Of a DNA stretch of 64,000 nt, positions 46,307 through 54,802 are shown piece after piece. The position numbers and the translations under genes are program-made. A model generated the notes under the pieces. It was given only the letters and a program-made list of their open reading frames with translations, had not been told where the DNA came from and did no database searches. This DNA comes from Lingula anatina. Taxonomy: Eukaryota > Animalia > Brachiopoda. Where the stretch lies: positions 5,146,001 to 5,210,000 of the forward strand of contig CM120647.1 of the NCBI GenBank assembly GCA_051362555.1, written 5' to 3'. The number at the start of each line of letters is the position of its first letter. The stretch's first letter is position 1.

Positions 46307-48818
46307 CTCTTTCTCTCTCGGAAATCGCAGTTAAAACAGACATTTCATTGACCAAACCAAAAAACAACATTCCATTATGTACTTATATTGCCCTCCAGTT
46401 GACGGTGGATGGTGCACGTACAGCGATTGGAGTGATTGCTCAGTGACTTGTGAAAACGGCACCCAGAGACGCTCTAGGGAGTGCCAATGTCCTGAACCCG
46501 CTCACGGTGGCGCCACCTGTGTGGGTGCGACAACCGAGACACAGTCTTGTAGTGGCCCCTGTTGCCCAGGTAAATATATACATCTCTCTCTCTCTCTCTT
46601 TCTGAAATGCTTTATAGACATAGCCTAAACCATGTACCCCACAAGACCGCACACCTCAATATAGTCATGTCAGGCGACGTGTGATGCAAGAGACCAGGTT
46701 GTTACTTCCCAACAATGTGCATGACGTAAACAATTCATATATATTTAGGTGTGAATATTACAACATGTGAAGTTTCGACGCAGGGCCCGTTTGGTTTTTA
46801 TCCATATCACCCCCAAAAGAATCTACTCATTTGTTCTTTGGTCCATATGTGGCCTATCCTGAAAATATCATCAAGGTTCGTCCAAAAAGTTTTGCGTTAT
46901 GTTTCGAACAAACAAACTTACGTCATCATAAACAAGTGATAAGCCAATATTCGGAACATATCAATAGGAACATTATATCCTTTTGAGGGCGGCGATGACA
47001 TTTTAATACTTATGTTCCAGTTGATGGTTATTTGAGTAATTGGTTACCGTGGTCTTCTTGTTCTGCTACCTGTGGACTGCCAGGAACAGTGACTCGGTCA
47101 CGTACCAAGGAGTGTATATATCCCGACCCAGATTGTCCTGGTGATGACTGTGGCCAACTTCCGGAAGAATATGAAAACTGCACCCAAAAGCCGTGTTGTA
47201 CAACAAGTGGTGGATCACCGGGTTCATTCCAACACGACAGAGGTTAGTATCCTATTGTAACCTTCGGATATAGCATGACAAAAATAGTTTTTGTCTGATA
47301 ACGGATTCTGTTGCAGGCCCATATACACAATATACCTGCACACAGTAGATTCACAACCCCGTATTTTTTCTGTTATTACAGTTTGCAGTAAAGTTGGACA
47401 GTATTTAACTCAATTACAGGATTGATACAAACAAGCGTATTACTTAAATCTAGCTTTACATATCATAATTTCTTTTTGCTATATAAGGTGTAAAGCTGAA
47501 TGTGCTGGCATGTTCTATATTAAAACCGAACATGTGGCATGATTTTAAGATGATCCTTTTTTTTTTTTCAAAACAACTTGTATTCACAATGTGACTTTCA
47601 TTGTTATTTCTAGGAAATAGGCTTCATAATATTAGCGTGAATTTCCAGGGAGCTAACACAAATGACAAGTATGTCACCTTTAGATGTGGGATTGTGCTGA
47701 TTGAAAGTATCCAAAACTATGGTAAGCCGATACTATTTTCCTATATAATGGATTTCCTATTATGGTATAAAATAAAACAAAGTACTGTATACAGACTTGA
47801 AACAAAATGAAAAATATTATATTAGGATTGGTTTAGTTCCTTACTTGCTAGCACTCAGAGGGCAGACCTCCGCCAAAGTACGTCCACTGCACGAGCTAAG
47901 AAACCTCTCTTTCTCTCTCTTTAAAACTGAAACCATATGAAATGGAATCAGCAATATATAGTGGAATCAATGGCAAAATGCCTCTGTTATCTAAATTTAA
48001 ACCAAATCTCACATTGAAAACAAAATAAATAAACTATTAAAAATGATAAAAATCACTATTTTGATGTGCACGTACTACTTGTATTTCTGCTTAAATATCA
48101 GGAAGCTGCCCAAATCCAAAATACATAAAAACTAAAAAGAGGGTGTCACAAGGATCATTATTGATATCCCGATTAAAAGAAGACAAGAATAATATATCAA
48201 TCAAATCAATAAATAGACTGAACTAACAAACTTTTAAAGGTATAGAAGTGACTTAATAGATACTGGGCACAACAATTTTAAGCATAACAGTAGAATTAAA
48301 GTATGGAGTTATGTTGGAAATATTTATTTGCTGTTTGGTAATTATAAAGACACTAATAAAGTGCCCAATATGGACTTCGACTGAAATATCAAATTGTCAT
48401 AACTTTGGAAATAAAGACCCCAAATACATGGATATCTTTTTTCATTACATTGCATATAAAAACCAACATGAATCCTACGTAGGTACTCATCATATTATAC
48501 AGTTTTTTAAATAACGTATATTTTTGACATGTTATTAAATTTTATTTCATCATATTTTTTTTTTTTTTTTGCATTTAAAGATACATATCCACAATGCATT
48601 CCTTACCCTAAAAAAGGACCATGCGGAAGATATTGTTTTATTTATGTTTTTCTAATGGAAACATTCCAGATGAGACCTATGTTGCTGCAGTGCAGGCTGC
48701 CGTGACCGACGTATGTACCGACCAATCACGTCCGGTTTGTCACGTGACAATCCCTGCCCCTTCCGGCTGCCCCTGCCAAGTAATGATAAACTACATGTGT
48801 TGCAATGAATTGTATTAA
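19304..48818 (+). CDS. Copy B, complete 16-exon gene for a 707-aa secreted protein: signal peptide, Sib/integrin-beta-like ectodomain, 4 TSP1 repeats, Cys-rich C-terminal domain
   Basis: join(19304-19361,20317-20376,21153-21278,21415-21544,33767-33907,34094-34232,40872-41027,41538-41665,41840-41995,44245-44282,45746-45916,46070-46240,46399-46569,47021-47242,47614-47721,48670-48818). All introns are GT-AG, phases match at every junction, total 2124 nt, no internal stop. Confidence 0.88.
20317..20376 (+). CDS. Exon 2: GSHFRYATVSCRPALDNALV
   Basis: ttccag/gtaagt boundaries, phase 1-1. SHFR is the mature N-terminal motif of this family. Confidence 0.85.
20500..21100 (-). mobile_element. Degenerate Tc1 transposase in intron 2
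   Basis: MGCCGYYGVGQLAVVNRNLN...VLERDL...HYDNVTP...DENPIRNV aligns to Tc1 WGC..G.G.L / QDNA / PDLNPIEN motifs. Confidence 0.7.
21153..21278 (+). CDS. Exon 3: VTCSWRSAWRLDFGPCEKPCTQANVGNLSVTSSSFADWQCFS
   Basis: aag/gtaagt boundaries, phase 1-1. Confidence 0.82.
21415..21544 (+). CDS. Exon 4: GCGFFLNMAPHRYYVTAIDSTDDWQQGENEFSFTLPHSGAFSFG
   Basis: ctttag/gtaggt boundaries. Phase 1-2 bridges exons 3 and 5. DW..GE motif. Confidence 0.85.
25290..25860 (+). repeat. Dispersed repeat with a second copy at ~35930-36490
   Basis: Colinear similarity (aaaccgatttaatgacatcatttag...gcttatacattgcaaa...catttcggtatctggatg). Confidence 0.8.
25861..26469. mobile_element. MITE with gactYgcccttcaagaaatcgacg TIRs, TA-flanked
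   Basis: TIRs at 25861-25885 and 26446-26469. The left TIR core is tandemly duplicated. Confidence 0.8.
26695..27434. mobile_element. PIF/Harbinger-like MITE
   Basis: TIRs gcccccgtttcacaaa / tttgtgaaacgggggc, flanked by CAG on both sides (3-bp TSD), with subterminal cttaagtc/gtcgac repeats. Confidence 0.85.
29490..29645 (-). mobile_element. Possible SINE remnant
   Basis: (TAA)n tail-like tract plus ctctctggggagcatacagc, which recalls invertebrate SINE central domains. No tRNA head seen. Confidence 0.3.
31692..32199. mobile_element. MITE-like element; its right end recurs at ~13775-13910
   Basis: cactcaaacccaatattgcggtgca pairs with tgcaccattatattgggtttgggtg. 32065-32199 matches 13775-13910. 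Confidence 0.55.
32962..33629. mobile_element. MITE with ~50-bp TIRs carrying a nested ~195-bp MITE (33369-33562)
   Basis: Outer TIRs tgggcctgatttggtattaaagtgca...ctagtctgaggc and its reverse complement at 33578-33629. Inner TIRs agggataacaact / agttgttatccct follow a TTAA. Confidence 0.8.
33767..33907 (+). CDS. Exon 5: FAECCWVPLETGSLKSIKVTTKYNAGIRNDTGKPNASPVTTSNPLV
   Basis: ctcag/gtaagt boundaries, phase 2-2. CCW and R.DTG..N.SPVT motifs. Confidence 0.9.
34094..34232 (+). CDS. Exon 6: SMDITCGYQFDIPSVDADGDIVRCRWAIGYAECGNVCGPLPGSTLYP
   Basis: tag/gtacgt boundaries, phase 2-0. D.DGD.VRCRWA motif. Confidence 0.9.
36641..40091. mobile_element. 3.45-kb non-autonomous DNA transposon with ~650-bp TIRs in intron 6 (TAG...CTA termini, tentatively Academ-like)
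   Basis: Arms 36641-~37330 and ~39460-40091 are highly similar reverse complements (caaacgctgcattttatagtacaaatgtctaacttggcataaatgttccttgggccaaaa). The superfamily guess rests on the termini only. Confidence 0.85.
37642..38057. mobile_element. CCCAG-terminated MITE-like insert with AACGTTG subrepeats; a second end starts at 38062
   Basis: cccagcggggca ... tgcctggg with repeated caacgttg motifs. Confidence 0.5.
40872..41027 (+). CDS. Exon 7: NCTLIIPSSKRSLYGSGFYAVAIMLEDFPATDITQGGVQKDETTPLSKVPLQ
   Basis: tttcag/gtcagg boundaries, phase 0-0. YAVA..LEDF and PLS.VPLQ motifs. Confidence 0.9.
41538..41665 (+). CDS. Exon 8: YLARIKDGCNCDNPPTFTTPPETKNLRAGQTFTKDLIAFYPSG
   Basis: tttcag/gtatgt boundaries, phase 0-2. 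Confidence 0.85.
41840..41995 (+). CDS. Exon 9: ITAINVIPPTGANVGAMVTVNGTTASVNITWTPAPAQHGHHLICYQAFGANR
   Basis: tacag/gtaagt boundaries, phase 2-2. ITWTP...G....C beta-sandwich-like motif. Confidence 0.87.
42364..43998. mobile_element. TA-flanked Tc1/mariner-type element with long (~500-bp) diverged TIRs in intron 9; related end at ~13000-13195
   Basis: ta|caatattggtca..aaaggttgtcccacc pairs with gggacagcctttttgacctatgttg|ta. Arms ~42364-42920 and ~43510-43998. Confidence 0.75.
44156..44238. repeat. (TATTA)n microsatellite abutting the exon 10 acceptor
   Basis: Direct reading. Confidence 0.95.
44245..44282 (+). CDS. Exon 10 (38 nt): CPGPYLCDKIVV
   Basis: tttacag/gtaatg boundaries. Phase 2-1 exactly bridges exon 9 and the first TSP1 exon. 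Confidence 0.78.
45110..45440 (-). mobile_element. Penelope-like element GIY-YIG fragment in intron 10
   Basis: KCEVSRCSTCPLI...FTCTSSNLIYVLTCSGCGENYIG is the Cys-rich linker plus GIY-YIG start typical of PLEs. Confidence 0.85.
45746..45916 (+). CDS. Exon 11: TSP1 repeat 1
   Basis: 171 nt, phase 1-1. VDGGLCPYSNWSACSVTCENGTQTRSEECRCPEPAYGGADCVGAKTETQSCSGPPCP. Confidence 0.92.
46070..46240 (+). CDS. Exon 12: TSP1 repeat 2
   Basis: 171 nt, phase 1-1. VDGGWCTYSEWSDCSVTCENGTQTRSRECQCPEPAHGGATCVGASTETQSCSGPPCP. Confidence 0.92.
46399..46569 (+). CDS. Exon 13: TSP1 repeat 3
   Basis: 171 nt, phase 1-1, nearly identical to exon 12, ends GPCCP. Confidence 0.92.
47021..47242 (+). CDS. Exon 14: TSP1 repeat 4 plus linker
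   Basis: 222 nt, phase 1-1. Paralogous to 155-376. Confidence 0.92.
47614..47721 (+). CDS. Exon 15: GNRLHNISVNFQGANTNDKYVTFRCGIVLIESIQNY
   Basis: ttctag/gtaagc boundaries, phase 1-1. Differs from its paralog 749-847 by a frame-preserving 9-nt indel. Confidence 0.85.
48670..48818 (+). CDS. Exon 16: DETYVAAVQAAVTDVCTDQSRPVCHVTIPAPSGCPCQVMINYMCCNELY*
   Basis: ttccag acceptor. Most codon differences from 1807-1955 are synonymous. Confidence 0.88.
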
Positions 48819-49055
48819 ATGGTAAGTGTTTATGGAAATAGAGGTTTACTGTAAGAAGCAAAATGGTCAGTTTAACTAATGATTGTGAACTTCGATCAAC
48901 ACTTCTTGAATCTAGTACTTCATAAATTTGCATTTTTACAAAAAAATTCTTATATCTTATATCTTGGAATCGTTCGTCTCTTTTTATGCTATACATGTAT
49001 TGTATTTGGAATCCAAGCTTAAGTATTTATCAAACGTTATGCTTTATATTTACAG

Positions 49056-49669
49056 AGAAACGCCAGGACTTCAAAAATGCTGGGCAAAGCGGAGTTATGG
49101 AGACATTTTTCGACTGCGTTTTAATATGCAGTTGTATATTATTCCCACTGAATATTAGTTAGCAGATTGAAAAAAAAACTGTCGCAGCTTGCTTATTTAC
49201 TTATTTCATAGAACATCATTCACTTCTCAAATTAATTATAAACTTAAATTTATCTTACTTGTATTGAAGGTCATTATGTACTCATTTCAGTTTCCTTTAT
49301 ATAATATTCTAGTGGGGTGAAAAAATATTATAATTATATGTATTTATTATGTTTTAATATTTTATATTAAAGGGAAACATTTAGTTTGCTAGGAAAGCTT
49401 GATGTCGATGCAGTATGCCTTAAATCACTTTTTAAATTCTAATAATGCAAGGGGGTTGGTTAATTGATTTAATGACAAGTAAGCCTGCTAGATTCCAAAG
49501 GCACCTCGTTGTGCACCATTTCTGTTATTTAATATTTTACTTAATTGATCTATCTTATTAAATATTCAGATTACAATAACATATCTTAATATTCGTATGT
49601 ACTCATTTGGTGTGATAAGGGAGTGGTTAGCTGTCTTGTAAACAAGTCATTCTACGTCATGCAAATAAA
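49056..49669 (+). other. Putative non-coding terminal exon (3' UTR) of copy B with AATAAA 49664-49669
   Basis: Donor GTAAGT at 48822 and acceptor tttacag at 49055, mirrored in copy A. Confidence 0.55.
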
Positions 49670-49834
49670 ACTGTCGCAAATGCTTCTCTTCGGTTGTTTT
49701 CCATGTATTATTGCTAACTGTAAGTTTGGTAAACACATAATTCCCCGATACTGTTATCAGTTTATAAAGTAACTAATTTTCCCCTTCTCTTGGATCGGTG
49801 CTCGGCACGACCCTGTACTATCATTTGATGACCA

Positions 49835-49905
49835 ATCTGCATTTATAGAGCTCATATGCATCAATAGTTCCGTAGGTCGTTTGTCTCCTAGACCATTTAT
49901 ATTAA
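49835..49905 (-). mobile_element. Displaced continuation of the Gypsy gag
   Basis: NINGLGDKRPTELLMHMSSINAD (LGD.KP..LL..M gag motif) continues in frame from 53835-54186 across the TTAA. Confidence 0.8.
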
Positions 49906-52699
49906 GTGTGTGTCCATGATAGGACCAGTCAGAGGGTGGCAAGGTGGGGGTCAACAGATTTCAACCAAATTCATAATATTGTTGCATATATAGGAGATAT
50001 TAAGATTGAAGGCAACAATCCCAAAAGAAATCATTGGATATATTTATAATATGATATTATATGTTTTGGCCATTTTTGGCTTGATTTTCAGCTTCGGTCA
50101 ATAAAGCCACTTCATAAGCAAATATTTCAAAACTGATGACTTTTTAAAATTAATTGAAAATTTACCTATTTAAACCAGCCATTTGCCATTGAGAATATGT
50201 TACTAAATTTCAGTTTAACCCACAAATGTACGAGCTACGCCCATTTTTATAACCCCACCCCCCAAACTCATTTTTCTACCAAGCAATGTTCAAGCATTCA
50301 TATCTCTCTTTTTGCAGGGTTGACAGGCATAAAATTTTATAGGGATCCTAAGCATATATTGGTCTCATCATACAAAATTCAAAAAGTGTGTTAAACACAA
50401 CAGAAGATATTAAAAAAGTGCCTCAAACTTTAGCAATTTTAGCAGAAAACCAAACATCCGAAATCAAGATATCAGTACATTTTGAGATAATACCTTCCAA
50501 TAATCAAATTTAATCAAAGACTCACAGCCAGGAATTCAAACTATGCTTTGATAAGGGCAAATCTATCCAATTTTTATAAATACAAGATGGCTGCCATCAA
50601 ATCTGTCCCAAAATACAGTTACCCTAATTCCTCAAAATAATCAAGAGGCCCATTTTTGCAGGTTTTTTATTTTGAGATCTGTAATACAGGATTGCTCAAA
50701 TAATAGTCTTTTCAAACAGAGCCATACAACCTCTGAATAAATTACTAGTGACAAGTTATTCAAACCCCCCCCCCCCCATTTAATAAGTTATTACTGTGCA
50801 TATCCAATGTCATCAGCATTGTGTATATACCTTATTTTCAGGGAGCAATAGAGAAAAAAAAAATTACAATTGATTTTTCTAAAGGTAAAAGGGAATGACT
50901 GTCTCATTTTATCAGTTTTCTCAAGTGCAACACTAATTAATCCACTTGAAATGATTTATATTGCATTTTTCAACCATTCTTTTTCCTTTCAAATGATTCA
51001 TAGGCTTTGTAAATACATGTGATTTCTTGATATTTATATTCTTTTTCTATAAAGAAAATTAAAACAGAGTCAGCAACATACAATGACAGGAGGAGTACTT
51101 TATTTTCATATTATCAATTGGACAGTAAAAGAACAAAGCAGTTACTTTTTACAGGAGTGAAATCAAGTTATGAATCTCCAAGGTTCCAATATCACGGTAA
51201 TATTTTCCATATACTGAACACAACAGTGATGGGTAGTGTTCCACAGATTTTAATCTTATAACTGATTGATCCCCAAGTTTCTTCTTCTGGTTGAGATGTC
51301 CAGGGTCTCCTACAGTAATGATAATTCAGCAATCTTAGAATAAGTGTGGTAACTTGAAGCAACATGCCACTATAAATTAGTGTGACTGAACTGTCAATTG
51401 TCAATATTTGTCAATTCAATGGCGCCAATCCTCCTTTCCTACAAAACTGACTGAGATTGCCAAGCCTAAGATGCACATTTGTTATGGGGGATTGTCCCAA
51501 GGTGGCTCTAAGTCCAATAAAGGTTTGCCAGGATATCCACTACTGTGTCTACCTGAAGATGGTAGGACAGGCTGTCAAAAGAAAATGTGTTTAACATATT
51601 TTAAACTAATGTTAATTGCTGTATAAAAACAATGACTAAATAATATACTGATCAAACATATTGCACAAGTAAAAACAATGATTGAAAATGAAATCAAATA
51701 TGAATGATGTAGCTACCAGAATTTCATGATAGAAAGACAGAGCTGGTACTCACATCTGAATCTGATGAATTTGCCTGTGCAATTTCAGGTGACTCTTCTA
51801 TTATTGTCTGTAAGATTGTCCAGGTCAAGGTTTACATCCAGGCCTAGGATGTAAAATCTGAAAATAAACATAACATCAATAAATGTTTTACAACAACAAA
51901 GGCTTACTGTGTTCAGAATAGAAACTACCGTAGCAGGATCAATCCATCTCAGCGGAGTAAGACACTCAGGCTCAGTCGTTGTAATCAGCTTAATTGTCTG
52001 GCACACCCCCTTGCAAAGCAACATGAACAACATAATGGACTGCAAAGTGCTCCTGATTTTACTAAAGTACTTTTAGTTGTACAAGTGTTCTGTGTAATAT
52101 GTAAGTCTTAAAAATTGAAGCACAGTGTGTTACAAAGTCACATAAAGCTACAAGTAGGTGGTTAACTTCAACTTCATTGTAAACACACATAAATCTGAAA
52201 CTAAAACATAAAAAACTGGCACAAGTAACATCCCCTAAAATGCCAATACTTGAAACTGAATGTGTGTTACATACCTTTGATTCTGGGTAAGGAATTTCTA
52301 ATGAAGCTGTCTACAAGCTCAGTTGTCCTTAACTGTTTGTGTTATGATAACACAAGTAACAAAGCCCTAGAATTTAATGCACAAACATACTTCATAAGTT
52401 AGATACACAGTTGATTCTTTTCAGCAGACATATTTACAATGAAATAGAAATCAAGTAAAATTCTATGAATTGAAATACACCAGTGCATCTTTTAATTCTT
52501 TATATTACTTTAAAATATTCAAACTTATTATTTAAACTGGTTTGAGTTTTTAGTGTATCTGATTCCAGTATATGTATGCCACCACTGGCCAACAACAGGG
52601 TAGGTTATTACTACATAGAAGCAAGGAGTTATAACAGATCTGTTATAACTCCTTGATAGAAGACAGTACCTGAATTAGTGACAGAACCGACTTTGTCTG

Positions 52700-52781
<82 letters not shown>

Positions 52782-53834
52782 CACTTACCTTACAACAAAC
52801 AACCAGAGCTAAATCGGTGAGCTGGATATATTGAGGAACCCAAGCCTGACAACAGTCTGAAGTGGTTCAACAAAAAATGTACATTCTAAGGACGACCAAC
52901 TGCAGATATGGTCATTTCTTGTGATATTCTGGTGCACACCAATCCTTCTGAGATGTACCTAAGCATTTCTAGTGCGTGTTCTTCATAAAATTAAGAAAGC
53001 ATTATGTTTTCACACTGTAAAGACGATGTGCTTTGCTCCACAGTTGCTCCGGTGGTAATCCTAGTACCCGCCATGTTGAAAATAGGTCACAGAGTTAGCA
53101 TCGTTATTTTACATTTAGTTTCTACAACATAAACAAATTTAAAAAATCTATTTTTGCTTCATAAGTTCGTCTGCAGGGCAAAAATAATTATTTTAAGGGC
53201 TTTTCACAAACCTATACATGGTTTAGACTTATTAATTTAGTTTAAGAAACAGTTTAGCATTTAAGTAGTTTAAAAATATTCGTTTTTAGGCCCTTTTTAA
53301 AATTTTTTATAGTTCTTATTTTACAAGGTTTAACACAGATTTTATTTCACAATATTTATTTTTCAACCCTTTTCTATCAGCACATACCAAAATTATATGG
53401 ATACAACCTGCAAAAAAGAAGTTGTGTGCATTTAAAGAAGGGGAGGGGGTCAAGCATACGGAAAACATGCCTTATTAGAATCAACCTTGTGTGGTCATGA
53501 CAGTGCCTTTTCAAAAAATCTGTACTGGGTATTAAAGGTCTTTCCTTAACCTATCATGTGGCTTACCTAAATATTTTCTTATGATGTACATGATTTTTTT
53601 AAAGAATATTTAATATTATAACTTTTCAAGAGCTAAAAAATGCTATATTTTGGCAAAATTGCCAATAAAAGATCTGCCCCCATATCTCTAAAACTAATGA
53701 TCCAAAATAAGAAAGCCAGTGGCTCACAATATCTTTTATGTTGATGGTTTACCACACCAAAAATTATTAAAATCTGCTGACCCCCACCTTGCCGCCTTCT
53801 GACCGATCTGTCTGGCTTTCTCATGGACGCGCTC
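49906..53834. mobile_element. 3.9-kb TIR DNA transposon with TTAA target-site duplication (Sola3/Kolobok-like termini, degenerate interior)
   Basis: TTAA at 49902-49905 and 53835-53838. TIRs gtccatga...gtcagagggtggcaaggtgggggtcaacagattt and its reverse complement at 53771-53834. Removing the element restores the gag frame. Confidence 0.85.
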
Positions 53835-54186
53835 TTAAGTAATGCTGTATCCTTTTAGTATTGTGTGGCTTCATAGGCTTCTAACAGTGCATGCTTTAGT
53901 GCTTCATACTTTCCTGTCTGAGGTGGTCTCTCAATTACTGACTGAACACGTCTGGAGGTTGATGAGTCCAGGAGTTGCACTACATGATGAAATTTAGTCA
54001 AGTCATTTGTAATGGCTGGCTGGTGTGTTCCAAAGGATGATTCCAGACGTAATAACCAAGCAGATACGTTTGTGTTCCAAAATGGTGGTGCTTTAAATGA
54101 AACAGCTGATATTGTTTGCACTGTAGAACCTTGATATATGTCCAGGGTTTGTTGTCTGATAGCATCTGCCAGCTGTTTAATTCCAT
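53835..54186 (-). mobile_element. Gypsy (Mag-like) gag N-terminus
   Basis: SFKAPPFWNTNVSAWLLRLESSF...ITNDLTKFHHVVQLL...PPQTGKYEALKHALL, with one internal stop. Confidence 0.85.
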
Positions 54187-54198
54187 CTGAATCTATTG

Positions 54199-54216
54199 AT
54201 CACGTCGGGGTCACCA
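54199..54216 (-). promoter_or_regulatory. Primer-binding site complementary to tRNA-Trp
   Basis: The minus strand reads TGGTGACCCCGACGTGAT, the classical tRNA-Trp PBS, 1 nt after an LTR end (...CTACA at 54218). Confidence 0.9.
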
Positions 54217-54526
54217 ATGTAGCACACTGAATATATTGGTATTTTTACAAACTAATAATATCTGTTGAAGTTTACCTAGACACCTGAAGTAAGAAAGTAA
54301 TATGATTGTTGATGTGTTTTTGAGGGCAAAGACTGCGAACTTTTATTATAGCGATGAGTTTTTGTCAATGCTAGGTTTACAAGTTAGTTTATACCTTATG
54401 TCATTTGCTGCATATTTTTGTATATAACGCAACATTGTTTTTTATGCGTTATGTCCGAATGAAACACCCCTCTGCGATTTCTATTCCATGGCGGCCTACA
54501 TAAATCTTTCCTCGTTTATAACCTAA

Positions 54527-54802
54527 TGTAGCACACTGAATATTTTGGTATTTTTACAAACTAATAATATCTGCTGAAGTCTACCTGGACACCTGAAGTA
54601 AGTAACTCTAACACAAGTGAACAATAACTAACCACTGCACTTCCTGTGCAGCTCTTTATTATAGTACCAGTTATGCAAATGACCCAATGCTACGAGTCCA
54701 ATAAATATGATTGGCTAGTTTACCACTGCATAACCACTGCAATGCAACACATTACCATAATTGTTAGAGATGTTATCACATAGCCATTATGTAAGTTCTA
54801 CA
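54527..54802 (-). mobile_element. 276-bp LTR (TGTAG...CTACA) preceded by a polypurine tract; partial second LTR end at 54218-54292
   Basis: GGGGGGAGG lies just before TGTAG on the minus strand. 54527-54602 is repeated at 54218-54292. Confidence 0.85.

Noticed and set aside
45757-46446. 229-aa ORF as a stand-alone TSP1 gene
   Set aside because: It is exons 11-12 read through a stop-free intron. It starts at TTG inside exon 11, and the LSLS stretches are (CT)n intron sequence.
54199-54216. tRNA-Trp gene
   Set aside because: Only the 18-nt 3'-complementary PBS is present, with no cloverleaf.
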